Source: Escherichia coli (lineage in GTDB: Bacteria > Pseudomonadota > Gammaproteobacteria > Enterobacterales > Enterobacteriaceae). Taken from it: a stretch of DNA of 64,000 nt. The translations under genes were made by a program, and so were the position numbers. The notes beneath the pieces were generated by a model. The model did not search any database. It was not told the origin of the DNA and saw only the letters and a list, made by a program, of their open reading frames with translations. Below are positions 46,830 through 56,645 of the stretch, in pieces; within the stretch, counting starts at the first letter, position 1, and each line of letters begins with the position of its first letter. The stretch lies in NCBI RefSeq assembly GCF_048403405.1, contig NZ_CP183129.1; one strand, 5' to 3'.

Positions 46830-47540
46830 GTGAAATACAAATTACTGCCATGCTTACTCGCGATATTCCTCACAGGATGTGACCGCACAGAGGTAACACT
46901 TTCATTTACCCCTGAGATGGCCAGTTTCTCTAATGAATTCGATTTTGATCCGCTGCGTGGTCCGGTAAAAGATTTCACTCAGACATTAATGGATGAGCAA
47001 GGTGAAGTGACGAAACGTGTTTCGGGGACTTTGTCGGAAGAAGGCTGTTTTGATTCACTCGAATTACTGGATCTGGAAAATAATACCGTGGTCGCTCTGG
47101 TACTGGACGCCAATTATTACCGTGATGCCCAGACACTGGAGAAAAGAGTTCGTTTGCAGGGAAAATGCCAGCTTGCTGAATTACCTTCTGCCGGGGTGAG
47201 CTGGGAAACCGATGATAATGGCTTTGTGATTAAAGCCAGCAGCAAACAGATGCAGATGGAATATCGCTATGATGATCAGGGGTATCCGCTGGGTAAAACC
47301 ACGAAAAGTAACGACAAAACATTATCTGTCAGCGCCACGCCATCAACGGATCCGATCAAAAAATTAGATTACACAGCGGTTACTTTACTGAATAATCAAC
47401 GGGTTGGTAATGTAAAACAGAGCTGCGAATATGACAGTCACGCCAATCCCGTGGACTGTCAGCTAATCATTGTTGATGAAGGAGTAAAACCCGCCGTCGA
47501 ACGGGTTTACACCATCAAAAATACTATCGATTATTATTAA
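46830..47540 (+). CDS. ynfC: UPF0257 lipoprotein
   Basis: Recalled 236-aa YnfC with lipobox (LLAIFLTGC) from an inferred GTG start 12 codons into the supplied ORF; I could not verify this start base by base. Confidence 0.75.
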   Translation: MKYKLLPCLLAIFLTGCDRTEVTLSFTPEMASFSNEFDFDPLRGPVKDFTQTLMDEQGEVTKRVSGTLSEEGCFDSLELLDLENNTVVALVLDANYYRDAQTLEKRVRLQGKCQLAELPSAGVSWETDDNGFVIKASSKQMQMEYRYDDQGYPLGKTTKSNDKTLSVSATPSTDPIKKLDYTAVTLLNNQRVGNVKQSCEYDSHANPVDCQLIIVDEGVKPAVERVYTIKNTIDYY

Positions 47541-47542
47541 TG

Positions 47543-48103
47543 CTATTGTGCGGTCGGCTTCAGTAGAGTCTGACCCGGTGTTTTGTGCTCTGCCAGATAC
47601 TGATGCTGGAATATGCACATGCGAATGGCATTACGATATTGACCATTAATAAAGAACTCGTGCATCAATTCACCTTCAACCGTAAAGCCAAGCTTGCGGT
47701 AAATGTGAATCGCTTTTTCATTCTCTTTATCGACGATCAGATACAGCTTATAGAGATTAAGAACGGTGAAGCCATAGTCCATTGCTAATTTTGCGGCACG
47801 CGTTGCCAGACCTTTCCCCTGATATTCCGGGGAGATAATTATCTGAAATTCTGCGCGGCGATGAACATGGTTAATTTCCACCAGCTCCACCAGACCGGCT
47901 TTTTCGCCGTCACATTCCACCACAAAGCGCCGTTCGCTCTGATCGTGAATATGCTTATCGTACAGATCAGAGAGTTCAACAAAGGCTTCGTAGGGTTCCT
48001 CAAACCAGTAACGCATCACACTGGCGTTATTGTCGAGTTGATGTACATAGCGTAAATCTTCACGCTCCAGCGGGCGTAGCTTAACACTGTGGGCGCTTGG
48101 CAT
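47543..48103 (-). CDS. speG: spermidine N1-acetyltransferase (GNAT)
   Basis: 186-aa GNAT protein recognised as SpeG. Confidence 0.95.
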   Translation of the reverse strand: MPSAHSVKLRPLEREDLRYVHQLDNNASVMRYWFEEPYEAFVELSDLYDKHIHDQSERRFVVECDGEKAGLVELVEINHVHRRAEFQIIISPEYQGKGLATRAAKLAMDYGFTVLNLYKLYLIVDKENEKAIHIYRKLGFTVEGELMHEFFINGQYRNAIRMCIFQHQYLAEHKTPGQTLLKPTAQ

Positions 48104-48137
48104 AACGTGTCCTTACATTCCTTAAATCAATAACAGG

Positions 48138-48479
48138 TTAGGGGGTAATAACGCGGCCAGTTCGACGGTCCAGGCAGCGCAAAGTATTTGGCTCCCAGTA
48201 GGCATTGATGTTGGCGCTTTGCTCACATTTATCGCGGTTATCAAAAGCGGCGTCGGCTTTATCCCACTCTTTTTCAGTGCGTTTATTCACTTTCTGGCGC
48301 AGATTGCGCGTGTCATTCCATTGCTCTTTTTCCATAGCGGCGTGCTGGCGGCTTTGTGCACTGTCGCCAGACTCAATCACCAGTTTGTTAGTTTCGGCAT
48401 GAACAGTTGTGCTCAATGCCAGTGTGCAAGGCAGCAGAAAAGCGAGCAGGCCAATTCGTTTGCTGAGAGTAATTTTCAT
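48138..48479 (-). CDS. ynfB: UPF0482 exported protein
   Basis: 113-aa protein with signal peptide at the K-12 ynfB position. Confidence 0.9.
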   Translation of the reverse strand: MKITLSKRIGLLAFLLPCTLALSTTVHAETNKLVIESGDSAQSRQHAAMEKEQWNDTRNLRQKVNKRTEKEWDKADAAFDNRDKCEQSANINAYWEPNTLRCLDRRTGRVITP

Positions 48480-48613
48480 AATTCATTCCCTATGTGAATG
48501 ATTAAAGGTGATTCTACACCATCCACTGCGAACGCAAAACGTACCAGGAGGATGTTTATATTGATGATATTATGTCGTCCTATAACTATACATGATGTCA
48601 ATAAGTGACAAAG

Positions 48614-48940
48614 ATGATTAAAACAACGTTACTATTTTTTGCTACTGCGCTGTGTGAAATTATTGGATGCTTTCTGCCCTGGTTGTGGTTAAAACGAAAC
48701 GCCAGTATCTGGCTGTTGCTTCCGGCGGGGATTTCTCTGGCACTGTTTGTCTGGTTGTTAACGTTGCATCCTGCGGCGAGTGGGCGTGTTTACGCGGCTT
48801 ATGGTGGCGTTTATGTCTGCACGGCGTTGATTTGGCTGCGCGTTGTGGATGGCGTGAAACTGAGTCTTTATGACTGGACGGGGGCGTTGATTGCGCTTTG
48901 CGGCATGTTGATCATTGTTGCGGGCTGGGGGCGCGCGTAA
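48614..48940 (+). CDS. ynfA: UPF0060 small membrane protein
   Basis: Recalled 108-aa protein from the internal ATG at 48614 ([26 protein letters not shown]). Confidence 0.85.
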
Positions 48941-49145
48941 GGACATAAATCCATTTTATCAATAAGATACGAGGAAGTGTCAGCTGACAAAAGGTATTCT
49001 ATTTCATCTTTTGTCAACCATTCACGGCGTAAATATACGCCTTTTTTTGTGATCACTCCGGCTTTTTTTGATCTTCATACTTGTATGGTAGTAGCTCAGT
49101 TGCGTAGATTTCATGCATCACGACAAGCGATGCAAGGAATCGAAC

Positions 49146-50360
49146 ATGAAGATCGTAAAGGCTGAAGTTTTTGTTACCTGTCCGGGGCGTAATTTCGTCA
49201 CATTAAAAATCACCACTGAGGACGGTATTACGGGCCTTGGGGATGCCACCCTCAATGGACGTGAGCTTTCCGTGGCCTCTTATTTGCAGGATCACCTTTG
49301 TCCGCAGCTTATTGGTCGCGATGCACACCGTATCGAAGATATCTGGCAGTTTTTCTATAAAGGAGCTTACTGGCGTCGCGGCCCGGTGACGATGTCGGCC
49401 ATTTCAGCGGTTGATATGGCGCTGTGGGATATTAAAGCCAAAGCTGCCAACATGCCGCTTTACCAGTTACTCGGCGGCGCGTCTCGTGAAGGGGTGATGG
49501 TTTATTGCCATACCACCGGTCACAGTATTGATGAAGCTCTGGATGATTATGCTCGTCATCAGGAGCTGGGATTCAAAGCCATCCGCGTGCAGTGCGGAAT
49601 CCCTGGTATGAAAACCACCTACGGCATGTCGAAAGGTAAAGGTCTGGCTTATGAACCCGCAACCAAAGGACAGTGGCCGGAAGAGCAGCTGTGGTCGACG
49701 GAGAAATACCTCGATTTCATGCCGAAATTGTTTGACGCGGTACGTAACAAGTTTGGTTTTAATGAACATTTGCTGCATGACATGCACCATCGCTTAACGC
49801 CTATTGAAGCGGCGCGCTTTGGTAAAAGCATTGAAGATTATCGCATGTTCTGGATGGAAGACCCGACGCCTGCGGAAAACCAGGAATGCTTCCGTCTCAT
49901 TCGCCAACATACCGTCACACCCATCGCGGTGGGTGAAGTCTTCAACAGCATCTGGGACTGCAAGCAACTGATTGAAGAGCAACTTATCGATTATATCCGC
50001 ACCACGCTGACCCATGCAGGCGGAATTACCGGTATGCGCCGGATTGCCGATTTTGCTTCGTTGTATCAGGTACGTACTGGCTCACACGGTCCTTCCGATT
50101 TGTCACCAGTCTGCATGGCTGCGGCGCTGCACTTTGATCTGTGGGTCCCCAATTTCGGTGTTCAGGAGTACATGGGTTATTCCGAACAAATGCTTGAAGT
50201 CTTCCCGCACAACTGGACTTTCGATAACGGCTATATGCATCCGGGAGACAAACCGGGTCTTGGCATCGAATTCGATGAAAAGCTGGCGGCGAAATATCCC
50301 TATGAACCTGCTTATCTGCCAGTCGCACGTCTGGAAGATGGCACGCTGTGGAACTGGTAA
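49146..50360 (+). CDS. rspA: starvation-sensing protein RspA (enolase-superfamily mannonate dehydratase-like)
   Basis: Recalled 404-aa RspA from [17 protein letters not shown] (atg at 49146). Confidence 0.9.
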
Positions 50361-50371
50361 GGAGTAAGATA

Positions 50372-51391
50372 ATGAAAAGCATTTTAATTGAAAAACCGAA
50401 TCAACTGGCAATTATCGAACGCGAAATACCCACCCCGTCAGCGGATGAAGTACGAGTAAAAGTGAAACTTGCCGGAATTTGTGGTTCGGATAGCCATATT
50501 TATCGTGGGCATAATCCTTTTGCGAAATATCCGCGCGTCATTGGTCATGAATTCTTTGGCGTCATTGATGCAGTGGGTGAAGGCGTGGAAAGCGCCAGAG
50601 TCGGTGAACGCGTTGCTGTCGATCCGGTGGTCAGCTGTGGGCATTGCTATCCGTGCTCTATAGGTAAGCCGAACGTTTGTACAACACTGGCTGTATTAGG
50701 TGTGCACGCTGACGGTGGTTTCAGTGAATATGCCGTGGTTCCGGCAAAAAATGCGTGGAAAATTCCTGAAGCAGTGGCCGATCAATATGCGGTGATGATC
50801 GAACCTTTTACCATTGCGGCGAACGTAACCGGTCATGGTCAACCGACTGAAAATGATACCGTTCTGGTTTACGGTGCCGGTCCAATCGGCCTGACGATCG
50901 TTCAGGTATTAAAAGGCGTCTATAACGTTAAAAATGTGATTGTTGCCGATCGCATTGATGAACGACTGGAAAAAGCGAAAGAGAGCGGGGCTGACTGGGC
51001 GATTAATAACAGCCAGACACCGCTTGGCGAGATTTTCGCTGAAAAAGGCATAAAGCCGACATTAATTATCGATGCGGCTTGCCATCCTTCAATCCTGAAA
51101 GAAGCCGTAACGCTGGCTTCTCCGGCGGCACGTATTGTATTGATGGGCTTCTCCAGTGAACCGTCTGAAGTGATTCAGCAAGGAATTACCGGAAAAGAAC
51201 TCTCTATTTTCTCTTCACGCTTAAATGCAAATAAATTCCCGGTCGTTATCGACTGGTTAAGTAAAGGGTTAATTAAACCAGAAAAATTAATTACCCATAC
51301 GTTTGATTTCCAGCATGTTGCTGATGCCATTAGTTTATTTGAACAGGATCAAAAACATTGCTGCAAAGTCTTACTCACTTTTTCTGAATAA
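50372..51391 (+). CDS. rspB: starvation-sensing protein RspB (Zn-dependent alcohol dehydrogenase family)
   Basis: Recalled 339-aa RspB from MKSILIEKPNQLAI (atg at 50372, AAGGAG RBS); zinc-ligand GHEFFG and GCG motifs. Confidence 0.9.
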   Translation: MKSILIEKPNQLAIIEREIPTPSADEVRVKVKLAGICGSDSHIYRGHNPFAKYPRVIGHEFFGVIDAVGEGVESARVGERVAVDPVVSCGHCYPCSIGKPNVCTTLAVLGVHADGGFSEYAVVPAKNAWKIPEAVADQYAVMIEPFTIAANVTGHGQPTENDTVLVYGAGPIGLTIVQVLKGVYNVKNVIVADRIDERLEKAKESGADWAINNSQTPLGEIFAEKGIKPTLIIDAACHPSILKEAVTLASPAARIVLMGFSSEPSEVIQQGITGKELSIFSSRLNANKFPVVIDWLSKGLIKPEKLITHTFDFQHVADAISLFEQDQKHCCKVLLTFSE

Positions 51392-51448
51392 TACCAATAA
51401 CGGCGAGTAAGTAGTACGCATCTTACCTCTTTTTTAGAGATAACCATT

Positions 51449-51559
51449 ATGACAATAGAAAAACACGAAAGAAGCACTAAGGATTTGGTGAAAGCAGCAG
51501 TATCGGGATGGCTGGGCACAGCGCTTGAATTTATGGATTTCAAGAGTCATGCGTGTTAA
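51449..51559 (+). pseudogene. ydfJ: 5' fragment of MFS transporter gene ydfJ, truncated by prophage insertion
   Basis: Hand-translated MTIEKHERSTKDLVKAAVSGWLGTALEFMDF matches my memory of the YdfJ N-terminus; the frame then runs into a stop after 5 foreign codons (KSHAC) at the prophage junction. Confidence 0.6.
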
Positions 51560-51578
51560 CTGTTTGATAAATATTAAA

Positions 51579-52859
51579 TTAATTTTTCATTGCTTCGTTA
51601 TGGGGCATGGTTGGGGCAAACTCGCTTAACTGTGTATTTAACAAAGCTACCTGTGCATTATTGTTTTCAGACATCCATTTTCCGTATACCTGAAATACCA
51701 TTTGCGCATCTGCATGGCCCATCTGGTTTGCTATAAATGCCGGGTTAGCACCAGCTGTCAGCGACCAGCAGGCATAAGTATGTCTCGACTGATATGATTT
51801 TCGATGGCGGAGTCCGGCACGTTTTATCGCTGCGTCCCACATCTGCCTTATTGAGTCAACGGTAAAATGGTCACCATAATTTTTTACTCTCGCTGACACT
51901 TCAGGTTGAAAAACAAAGGTGCATTTTTGTTTTTCTGTTCTGCCATACTCTCTGAGGTGAACATCAATGATATGCTCTTTGCTCAGTCTCGTTAATGTCA
52001 TCTGACTCCGGAGAGCGTCGATTGCTGGCTTAATAAGATGAATGACCCGATTGGTTCCCGCCTGTGTTTTTGGTACCGTGAAACGGTCTTTTGCTAAATT
52101 TCTCCTGATCATCATTGTTCCATTTTTCAGATCTATGTCCTCCCATCCAAGTGCACACAGCTCACCAGGGCGAACGCCAGTATAAACAGAAACACACCAT
52201 AAATTTTTGGCTTGCTGATTTCTGCACGCATCGATAAGACGGATGAATTCCTCCCGCGAAAGAGGATCCGGAATGGTTCTTGATTCCTTTAATGGCGAGA
52301 TCCCCTTAAACGGATTATCTGCCAGGTAACCGTTATCAACACCAAACTGGAACACGGCGTTAAGATTTGTCATGTAATTATTTACAGTTACAGCCGATCT
52401 CCCTGGTTGTGTAACAATATAGTTACTTTTGGGGATCTGGTATCCAGTCAGTAGCTCTTTACGAACCTCCAGTAATTTTTCTTTATTAATCGATGAGGCA
52501 AGATTTTTTTCACCGATTATGCTCAGGATATTTTTGATGACGGCACGGTATGTGTTGAGTGATGTTTTGGCGACTTCAGTTTCTTTCAGTGCCAGAAATT
52601 TTTCAGCCAGTTCTTTTATGGTTAAATCTTGTCGGGCCTCACCAAATTTTTCCAGATTGCGTGAGGAGGGAAACTGTTTTGCATAGTCGAAAACACCAGT
52701 TTTTATTGCGTAACAAACAGAGGAGCGTAGTTCACCTGCAACGCGCCTGTTTTTTGCTGTGTCAGGAACCCCCAGATTTTCCCTGACTCTTACGCCTTTA
52801 TAAACAAACCAGATACGTAATTTCCCTCCATGGTTTTCCACGCCTGTCGGATATTTCAT
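51579..52859 (-). CDS. phage tyrosine integrase (lambda Int family)
   Basis: About 426-aa protein with an R...HxxR...Y-type catalytic C-terminus (GLRHRKSYQSRHTYA region). Start placed at the Met with the better upstream purine-rich spacing; the supplied ORF start at 52874 is the alternative. Confidence 0.85.
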   Translation of the reverse strand: MKYPTGVENHGGKLRIWFVYKGVRVRENLGVPDTAKNRRVAGELRSSVCYAIKTGVFDYAKQFPSSRNLEKFGEARQDLTIKELAEKFLALKETEVAKTSLNTYRAVIKNILSIIGEKNLASSINKEKLLEVRKELLTGYQIPKSNYIVTQPGRSAVTVNNYMTNLNAVFQFGVDNGYLADNPFKGISPLKESRTIPDPLSREEFIRLIDACRNQQAKNLWCVSVYTGVRPGELCALGWEDIDLKNGTMMIRRNLAKDRFTVPKTQAGTNRVIHLIKPAIDALRSQMTLTRLSKEHIIDVHLREYGRTEKQKCTFVFQPEVSARVKNYGDHFTVDSIRQMWDAAIKRAGLRHRKSYQSRHTYACWSLTAGANPAFIANQMGHADAQMVFQVYGKWMSENNNAQVALLNTQLSEFAPTMPHNEAMKN

Positions 52860-52893
52860 TTCAACTTCTCTCATTAGTTAGTGTGGCTTTTAG

Positions 52894-53145
52894 TCAAGTA
52901 AGATGACGTCTTGGTCTCGCTGATGCCTGGCGCTCAATCCAGCGATCAATTTCTTCCAGGTTGTAAAAGCATGGACTGTTATCCCATGGCATACCGTCAT
53001 GAGCGACATGCTTATATTCCCTTCCTTCCATAAACGATTTTTCCCGGGCCTTTTTTAACGTACCTTTTTTTATTCCTTTCAGCGCAATTAACTGCTCTTC
53101 GGATACCCATTTGCCGGGAGAGACAATCATGATTACTTCGCTCAT
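52894..53145 (-). CDS. excisionase-like small DNA-binding protein
   Basis: 83-aa basic protein directly upstream of the integrase in the same orientation; annotated by size and position. Confidence 0.6.
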   Translation of the reverse strand: MSEVIMIVSPGKWVSEEQLIALKGIKKGTLKKAREKSFMEGREYKHVAHDGMPWDNSPCFYNLEEIDRWIERQASARPRRHLT

Positions 53146-53217
53146 CGATTTCTTTATCTCTTACATCAGACGAGCGCCGGTTGCAGAATACCAGTCACAA
53201 CCGGCGACAGTTGAACA

Positions 53218-55689
53218 TTAAGAATCAGCCTGACTCGGGATCAGTTTTTGCCAGATAACTGAAACGTATTTTGCCTGGTAACGGGCGTCATCAAGTGCAT
53301 TATGGCGCTCACCTTCGAATGGAATAGCCGTTCTGGCATCGAAGTCTATGGCTTTCCCCAGCTCAACGATTGTGCGTACATCGCGATCGTTGTAGTAACG
53401 CCACGGGCAGGGGATCCCCTGCCGTTCGTATGAACGGCGCAAAATCGTGTTGTCGAAGTTGGCTCCATTTCCCCAAACCTGAACAAAAAATTCACCGGAG
53501 TTTTCGTCGATAAATTCCCGCAATTGTAACAGTGCATCATCTAACGGGATTTCATCGGTCATAATGGCAGATTGCGCTTCGCGTGATTGCTTAAGCCACC
53601 ATTTAATGGTGTCCCGATCAATGACTCCGCCAGCAGTTTCCAGATCGATAGTCTTACTAAATTCCGGTCCCATATCTCCGGTTTGCGGATCGAAAAATAT
53701 TGCACCTATTGAGATGATCGGGGCATCAGGATTTTTTCCCATGGTTTCAAGGTCGATCATTAGATGGTCACACGTCCTGCTGGTGGATGTGATTTCGTGA
53801 TGACCGTTCACCTTAATTGGGTGATCTGCCGTCTCGCCAGTTTCATTATCGCTATTGTGATGCTGATTGCCGCCAGTGTTCTCCTTGTGTGGATGTTCAG
53901 CGCCTTCCATTTCCTCCGGATCATCTTCCTGAACTTCAACCTGATACTCTTCATCGAATGTTTCTTGGTATGTTGCGTCGCCCATCACCGCGCCACAATC
54001 AGGGCAGTTGCCGCCGCCGGTCTGACCGCAGGCGGTGCAGGCTTTTTCCACTTCCTGTTGCGCCACTGGTTCAGGCTGTTTCGTTTCTGGCTCGTTTTGT
54101 AACGCATTTGGACTGTTTTGTTCCGCTTTTTGGTAGTTCCGTTCCGATTCATGCTGGTTCTGGTTCACAGAATCGCGGGTCTGGATCCCCTTAACCCATT
54201 TCGGATCATTCGGGTCACTAATCCCTTCAACAAATTCACCACGTGATGCAGCAAGCAACTTATCGGCGTCAGGCTGGCTGATATTGGCTGCCTGCATAAT
54301 TTTGTTTACTTCGTCAGCGGTAACTTTTATCGGCTCTGGTTGTTCTGAATCTTCAGCGGTATCTACATTTTGCGGTAAGCCCGTGTATGTGCCATTTTTT
54401 CGGGCAAAATATTCTTCTTTTGTGATTTCAGTGGCGCCAGCAGCCAGTGCCTTATCCAGACCAGAAAGTTTGTTTGCGCGACCGTATTTTTCTCCGTCCT
54501 TATCTGCGAAGAGGAAATAGAACGGCCCCTCACGCTCTACAGATGGTTCAGTTTCCGGCGCGGTTTCATTTTTTGGGATATCAGATACCTCAGTTTCCAC
54601 TGCATCAGTTTGTGTTTCTGATGACTGGAGAACAGCAACAGTGCCCAGGTCTGTTTCTTCATTCTCAAACACGCCCTTTGTCGTCAGGTATTCGCAGATA
54701 TATTTGTTCAGTGCTACGGGATCTTTGTGAATGTCGATCGGACGCTCACGGACAAGGCCAAAAATAGTTTGGCGGTCGTAGCGAAGGGCATCAGGCTGTT
54801 TGCGTATTGATGCCGAGATACGCTTCCAGTCTTCGCGGTCGTTGTCGATAACTTCTTTTTTTGCCCAGCGATGGATGCTGCCGTCAATGTTTCCGGCATC
54901 CACATCACCAGGCCAGAGAGCGTAGGCCAGTTCGTCATCCAGTGTTTTCCATGTCTGCTTGTATTCGCGATGAATGGCAGCAATGACCGAGCTGATTTTT
55001 CCTGTTGAATTTTCAGTGTACTGTTGATTGGCTCTGGCGCGGGCGAGATCAACAACAGACGTGTATTTTCCGGTTTCCTTGCGTTCACCTTCGCGACGTT
55101 TTTTCCAGATGCGCATCTCTGCCTGAATTTCGGGCCATTTAGCACCAGGAATACATTTATGCTTAACCCACCCAATGGCGTGCAACTTAAGCTCCGGATA
55201 CATGGCGTTAACTTCTGGCATTTTCATCAACGCTTCAACGATATGTCCGTCGAATGTTGCCATGTCTTCCTGCAACAATTCCTGTGCGCTAATAACCATA
55301 TCAACGGTGATGTTTTCACATGTGTCGAACTTAACCATGACAGCGTTCTGTACTTCAGGGGCCAGCTTGTCAAAAGTGACGTTCATCGGATCGGATTCAG
55401 TCTCAACCGGGACAAAAGAAGCAGACTCCTCATCCCAGCGGTTTTCCTGCATATATTCAGCATCCCATGAATCGAGGGCAGGGCGGGGTATGCCAGGTTT
55501 ATCCTCGCAGACAATAAATTTATAAGCGCAGTCCTGAGCAGCCGGATAATGTTCCAGGAATTGCCAGTGAAATTTTGCTCGAGCACGGCGTTCGTCGCCA
55601 GCTTCAATGGCTGTGGCTACAGCCACAGCGCCTTCTTCCCTTGTTGCCAGTTCGTCAGGAATAGCGGCGCAAATAAAGACTTTACTCAT
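53218..55689 (-). CDS. prophage exonuclease (exodeoxyribonuclease VIII-like; C-terminal DEDDh/DnaQ-type 3'-5' exonuclease domain)
   Basis: 823-aa protein; the C-terminal part has Exo I (MIDLETMG), Exo II (GANFD) and Exo III (HNALDDA) motifs; a central acidic low-complexity tract with a CxxC-x7-CxxC knuckle (CTACGQTGGGNCPDC). It sits where K-12 Qin has the truncated ydfE. Confidence 0.75.
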   Translation of the reverse strand: MSKVFICAAIPDELATREEGAVAVATAIEAGDERRARAKFHWQFLEHYPAAQDCAYKFIVCEDKPGIPRPALDSWDAEYMQENRWDEESASFVPVETESDPMNVTFDKLAPEVQNAVMVKFDTCENITVDMVISAQELLQEDMATFDGHIVEALMKMPEVNAMYPELKLHAIGWVKHKCIPGAKWPEIQAEMRIWKKRREGERKETGKYTSVVDLARARANQQYTENSTGKISSVIAAIHREYKQTWKTLDDELAYALWPGDVDAGNIDGSIHRWAKKEVIDNDREDWKRISASIRKQPDALRYDRQTIFGLVRERPIDIHKDPVALNKYICEYLTTKGVFENEETDLGTVAVLQSSETQTDAVETEVSDIPKNETAPETEPSVEREGPFYFLFADKDGEKYGRANKLSGLDKALAAGATEITKEEYFARKNGTYTGLPQNVDTAEDSEQPEPIKVTADEVNKIMQAANISQPDADKLLAASRGEFVEGISDPNDPKWVKGIQTRDSVNQNQHESERNYQKAEQNSPNALQNEPETKQPEPVAQQEVEKACTACGQTGGGNCPDCGAVMGDATYQETFDEEYQVEVQEDDPEEMEGAEHPHKENTGGNQHHNSDNETGETADHPIKVNGHHEITSTSRTCDHLMIDLETMGKNPDAPIISIGAIFFDPQTGDMGPEFSKTIDLETAGGVIDRDTIKWWLKQSREAQSAIMTDEIPLDDALLQLREFIDENSGEFFVQVWGNGANFDNTILRRSYERQGIPCPWRYYNDRDVRTIVELGKAIDFDARTAIPFEGERHNALDDARYQAKYVSVIWQKLIPSQADS

Positions 55690-55782
55690 TTTGTTTTAAC
55701 CTCATGACAGATTTAAGGATGAACAAATCCCTGCCATTGCTGGAATATAAGAATGAAACCGGATATTTATTACGGAACTGTT

Positions 55783-55974
55783 TTAAAGACCTGCCGGGAT
55801 TTCGATATTATCCTGGTGAATAACTTTATCGACCGGGTAACAGTTACCGGGAATTTTCTGTTCGGTTGCTGCAGTCATACACTCCTGCATTGTCCTGTGA
55901 ACACTGACTGCAATATCAACTGGCACTCCGGAAACAAGAAAAACTGTCAGAACAAGCGCAAATGCTGAATTCAT
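55783..55974 (-). CDS. ydfD: prophage lysis protein YdfD
   Basis: 63-aa protein MNSAFALVLTVFLVSGVPVDIAVSVHRTMQECMTAATEQKIPGNCYPVDKVIHQDNIEIPAGL, close to my memory of K-12 YdfD; N-terminal hydrophobic segment. Confidence 0.85.
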   Translation of the reverse strand: MNSAFALVLTVFLVSGVPVDIAVSVHRTMQECMTAATEQKIPGNCYPVDKVIHQDNIEIPAGL

Positions 55975-56159
55975 TGTGCACATCCTTTTGGCATCAGACG
56001 TAAACGAGCCAGCATTGAAACAATGCATATTTTATTTAATAGCTCCCGTTCTTGTTTTCTCTTGTTAATGGCATCTTCAGTAAATACAGGGTTACTGATA
56101 GTGACACCAATTTCAAAACAACCTTCAGACGTATTAACGTTTGGTAATAACGTTTTCAT
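55971..56159 (-). CDS. dicB: cell-division inhibitor DicB
   Basis: 62-aa protein MKTLLPNVNTSEGCFEIGVTISNPVFTEDAINKRKQERELLNKICIVSMLARLRLMPKGCAQ, matching my memory of DicB; 4-nt overlap with ydfD. Confidence 0.9.
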   Translation of the reverse strand: MKTLLPNVNTSEGCFEIGVTISNPVFTEDAINKRKQERELLNKICIVSMLARLRLMPKGCAQ

Positions 56160-56333
56160 TATCGCGTCCTCAACAATGAATTTTGTGATGCAGTGCCTGG
56201 TGCCTCCAGGTGACGTTAACCAGTTAACAATTAACGTCGGATACAGAGAATCCACCCATAACACTGTTTTTGGTTTTAACTGTTCCGCGTGCGCTTAGCC
56301 GCATTCACCGCATCACAAAATTCACTTTAAAAA

Positions 56334-56386
56334 CGGCGGCAGAGCAGTCACGGAGTAAAACTGATACCGCCAAACGTCACCAGAAA
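56334..56386 (-). ncRNA. dicF: DicF small regulatory RNA
   Basis: Minus-strand sequence TTTCTGGTGACGTTTGGCGGTATCAGTTTTACTCCGTGACTGCTCTGCCGCC matches my memory of the 53-nt DicF; the exact 3' end is not determinable from sequence. Confidence 0.85.
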
Positions 56387-56645
56387 ATTGATAACAGAGG
56401 GCGTTGCAGCGGGGTTGTCACTTAAGCGTATGGTCAACCTGACAACTCGGTGTCCTCAACGGGGAAGGAATAACCCCGCCATACTTACCGCCGCGCCATT
56501 TTGCGGGTTGCCACAACCGGAAGCGCACGGTCGAATTAAATTTAACGACACCGTACAGTGAGACGAACTTCGCCGTGCGCTTTCGTGTTGTGTGCCTGCT
56601 TTTAACCACGTCAGGCGAGGTGGTATCCTTAAAATCACCACAGTT

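Noticed and set aside
56418-56641. Two overlapping minus-strand ORFs (63 and 61 aa) between dicF and the ydfB-like ORF, possibly corresponding to K-12 ydfC.
   Set aside because: Neither has a convincing start or RBS, the translations are basic and low-complexity, and I could not recall the YdfC sequence to confirm either frame; the region may be the untranslated DicF precursor.
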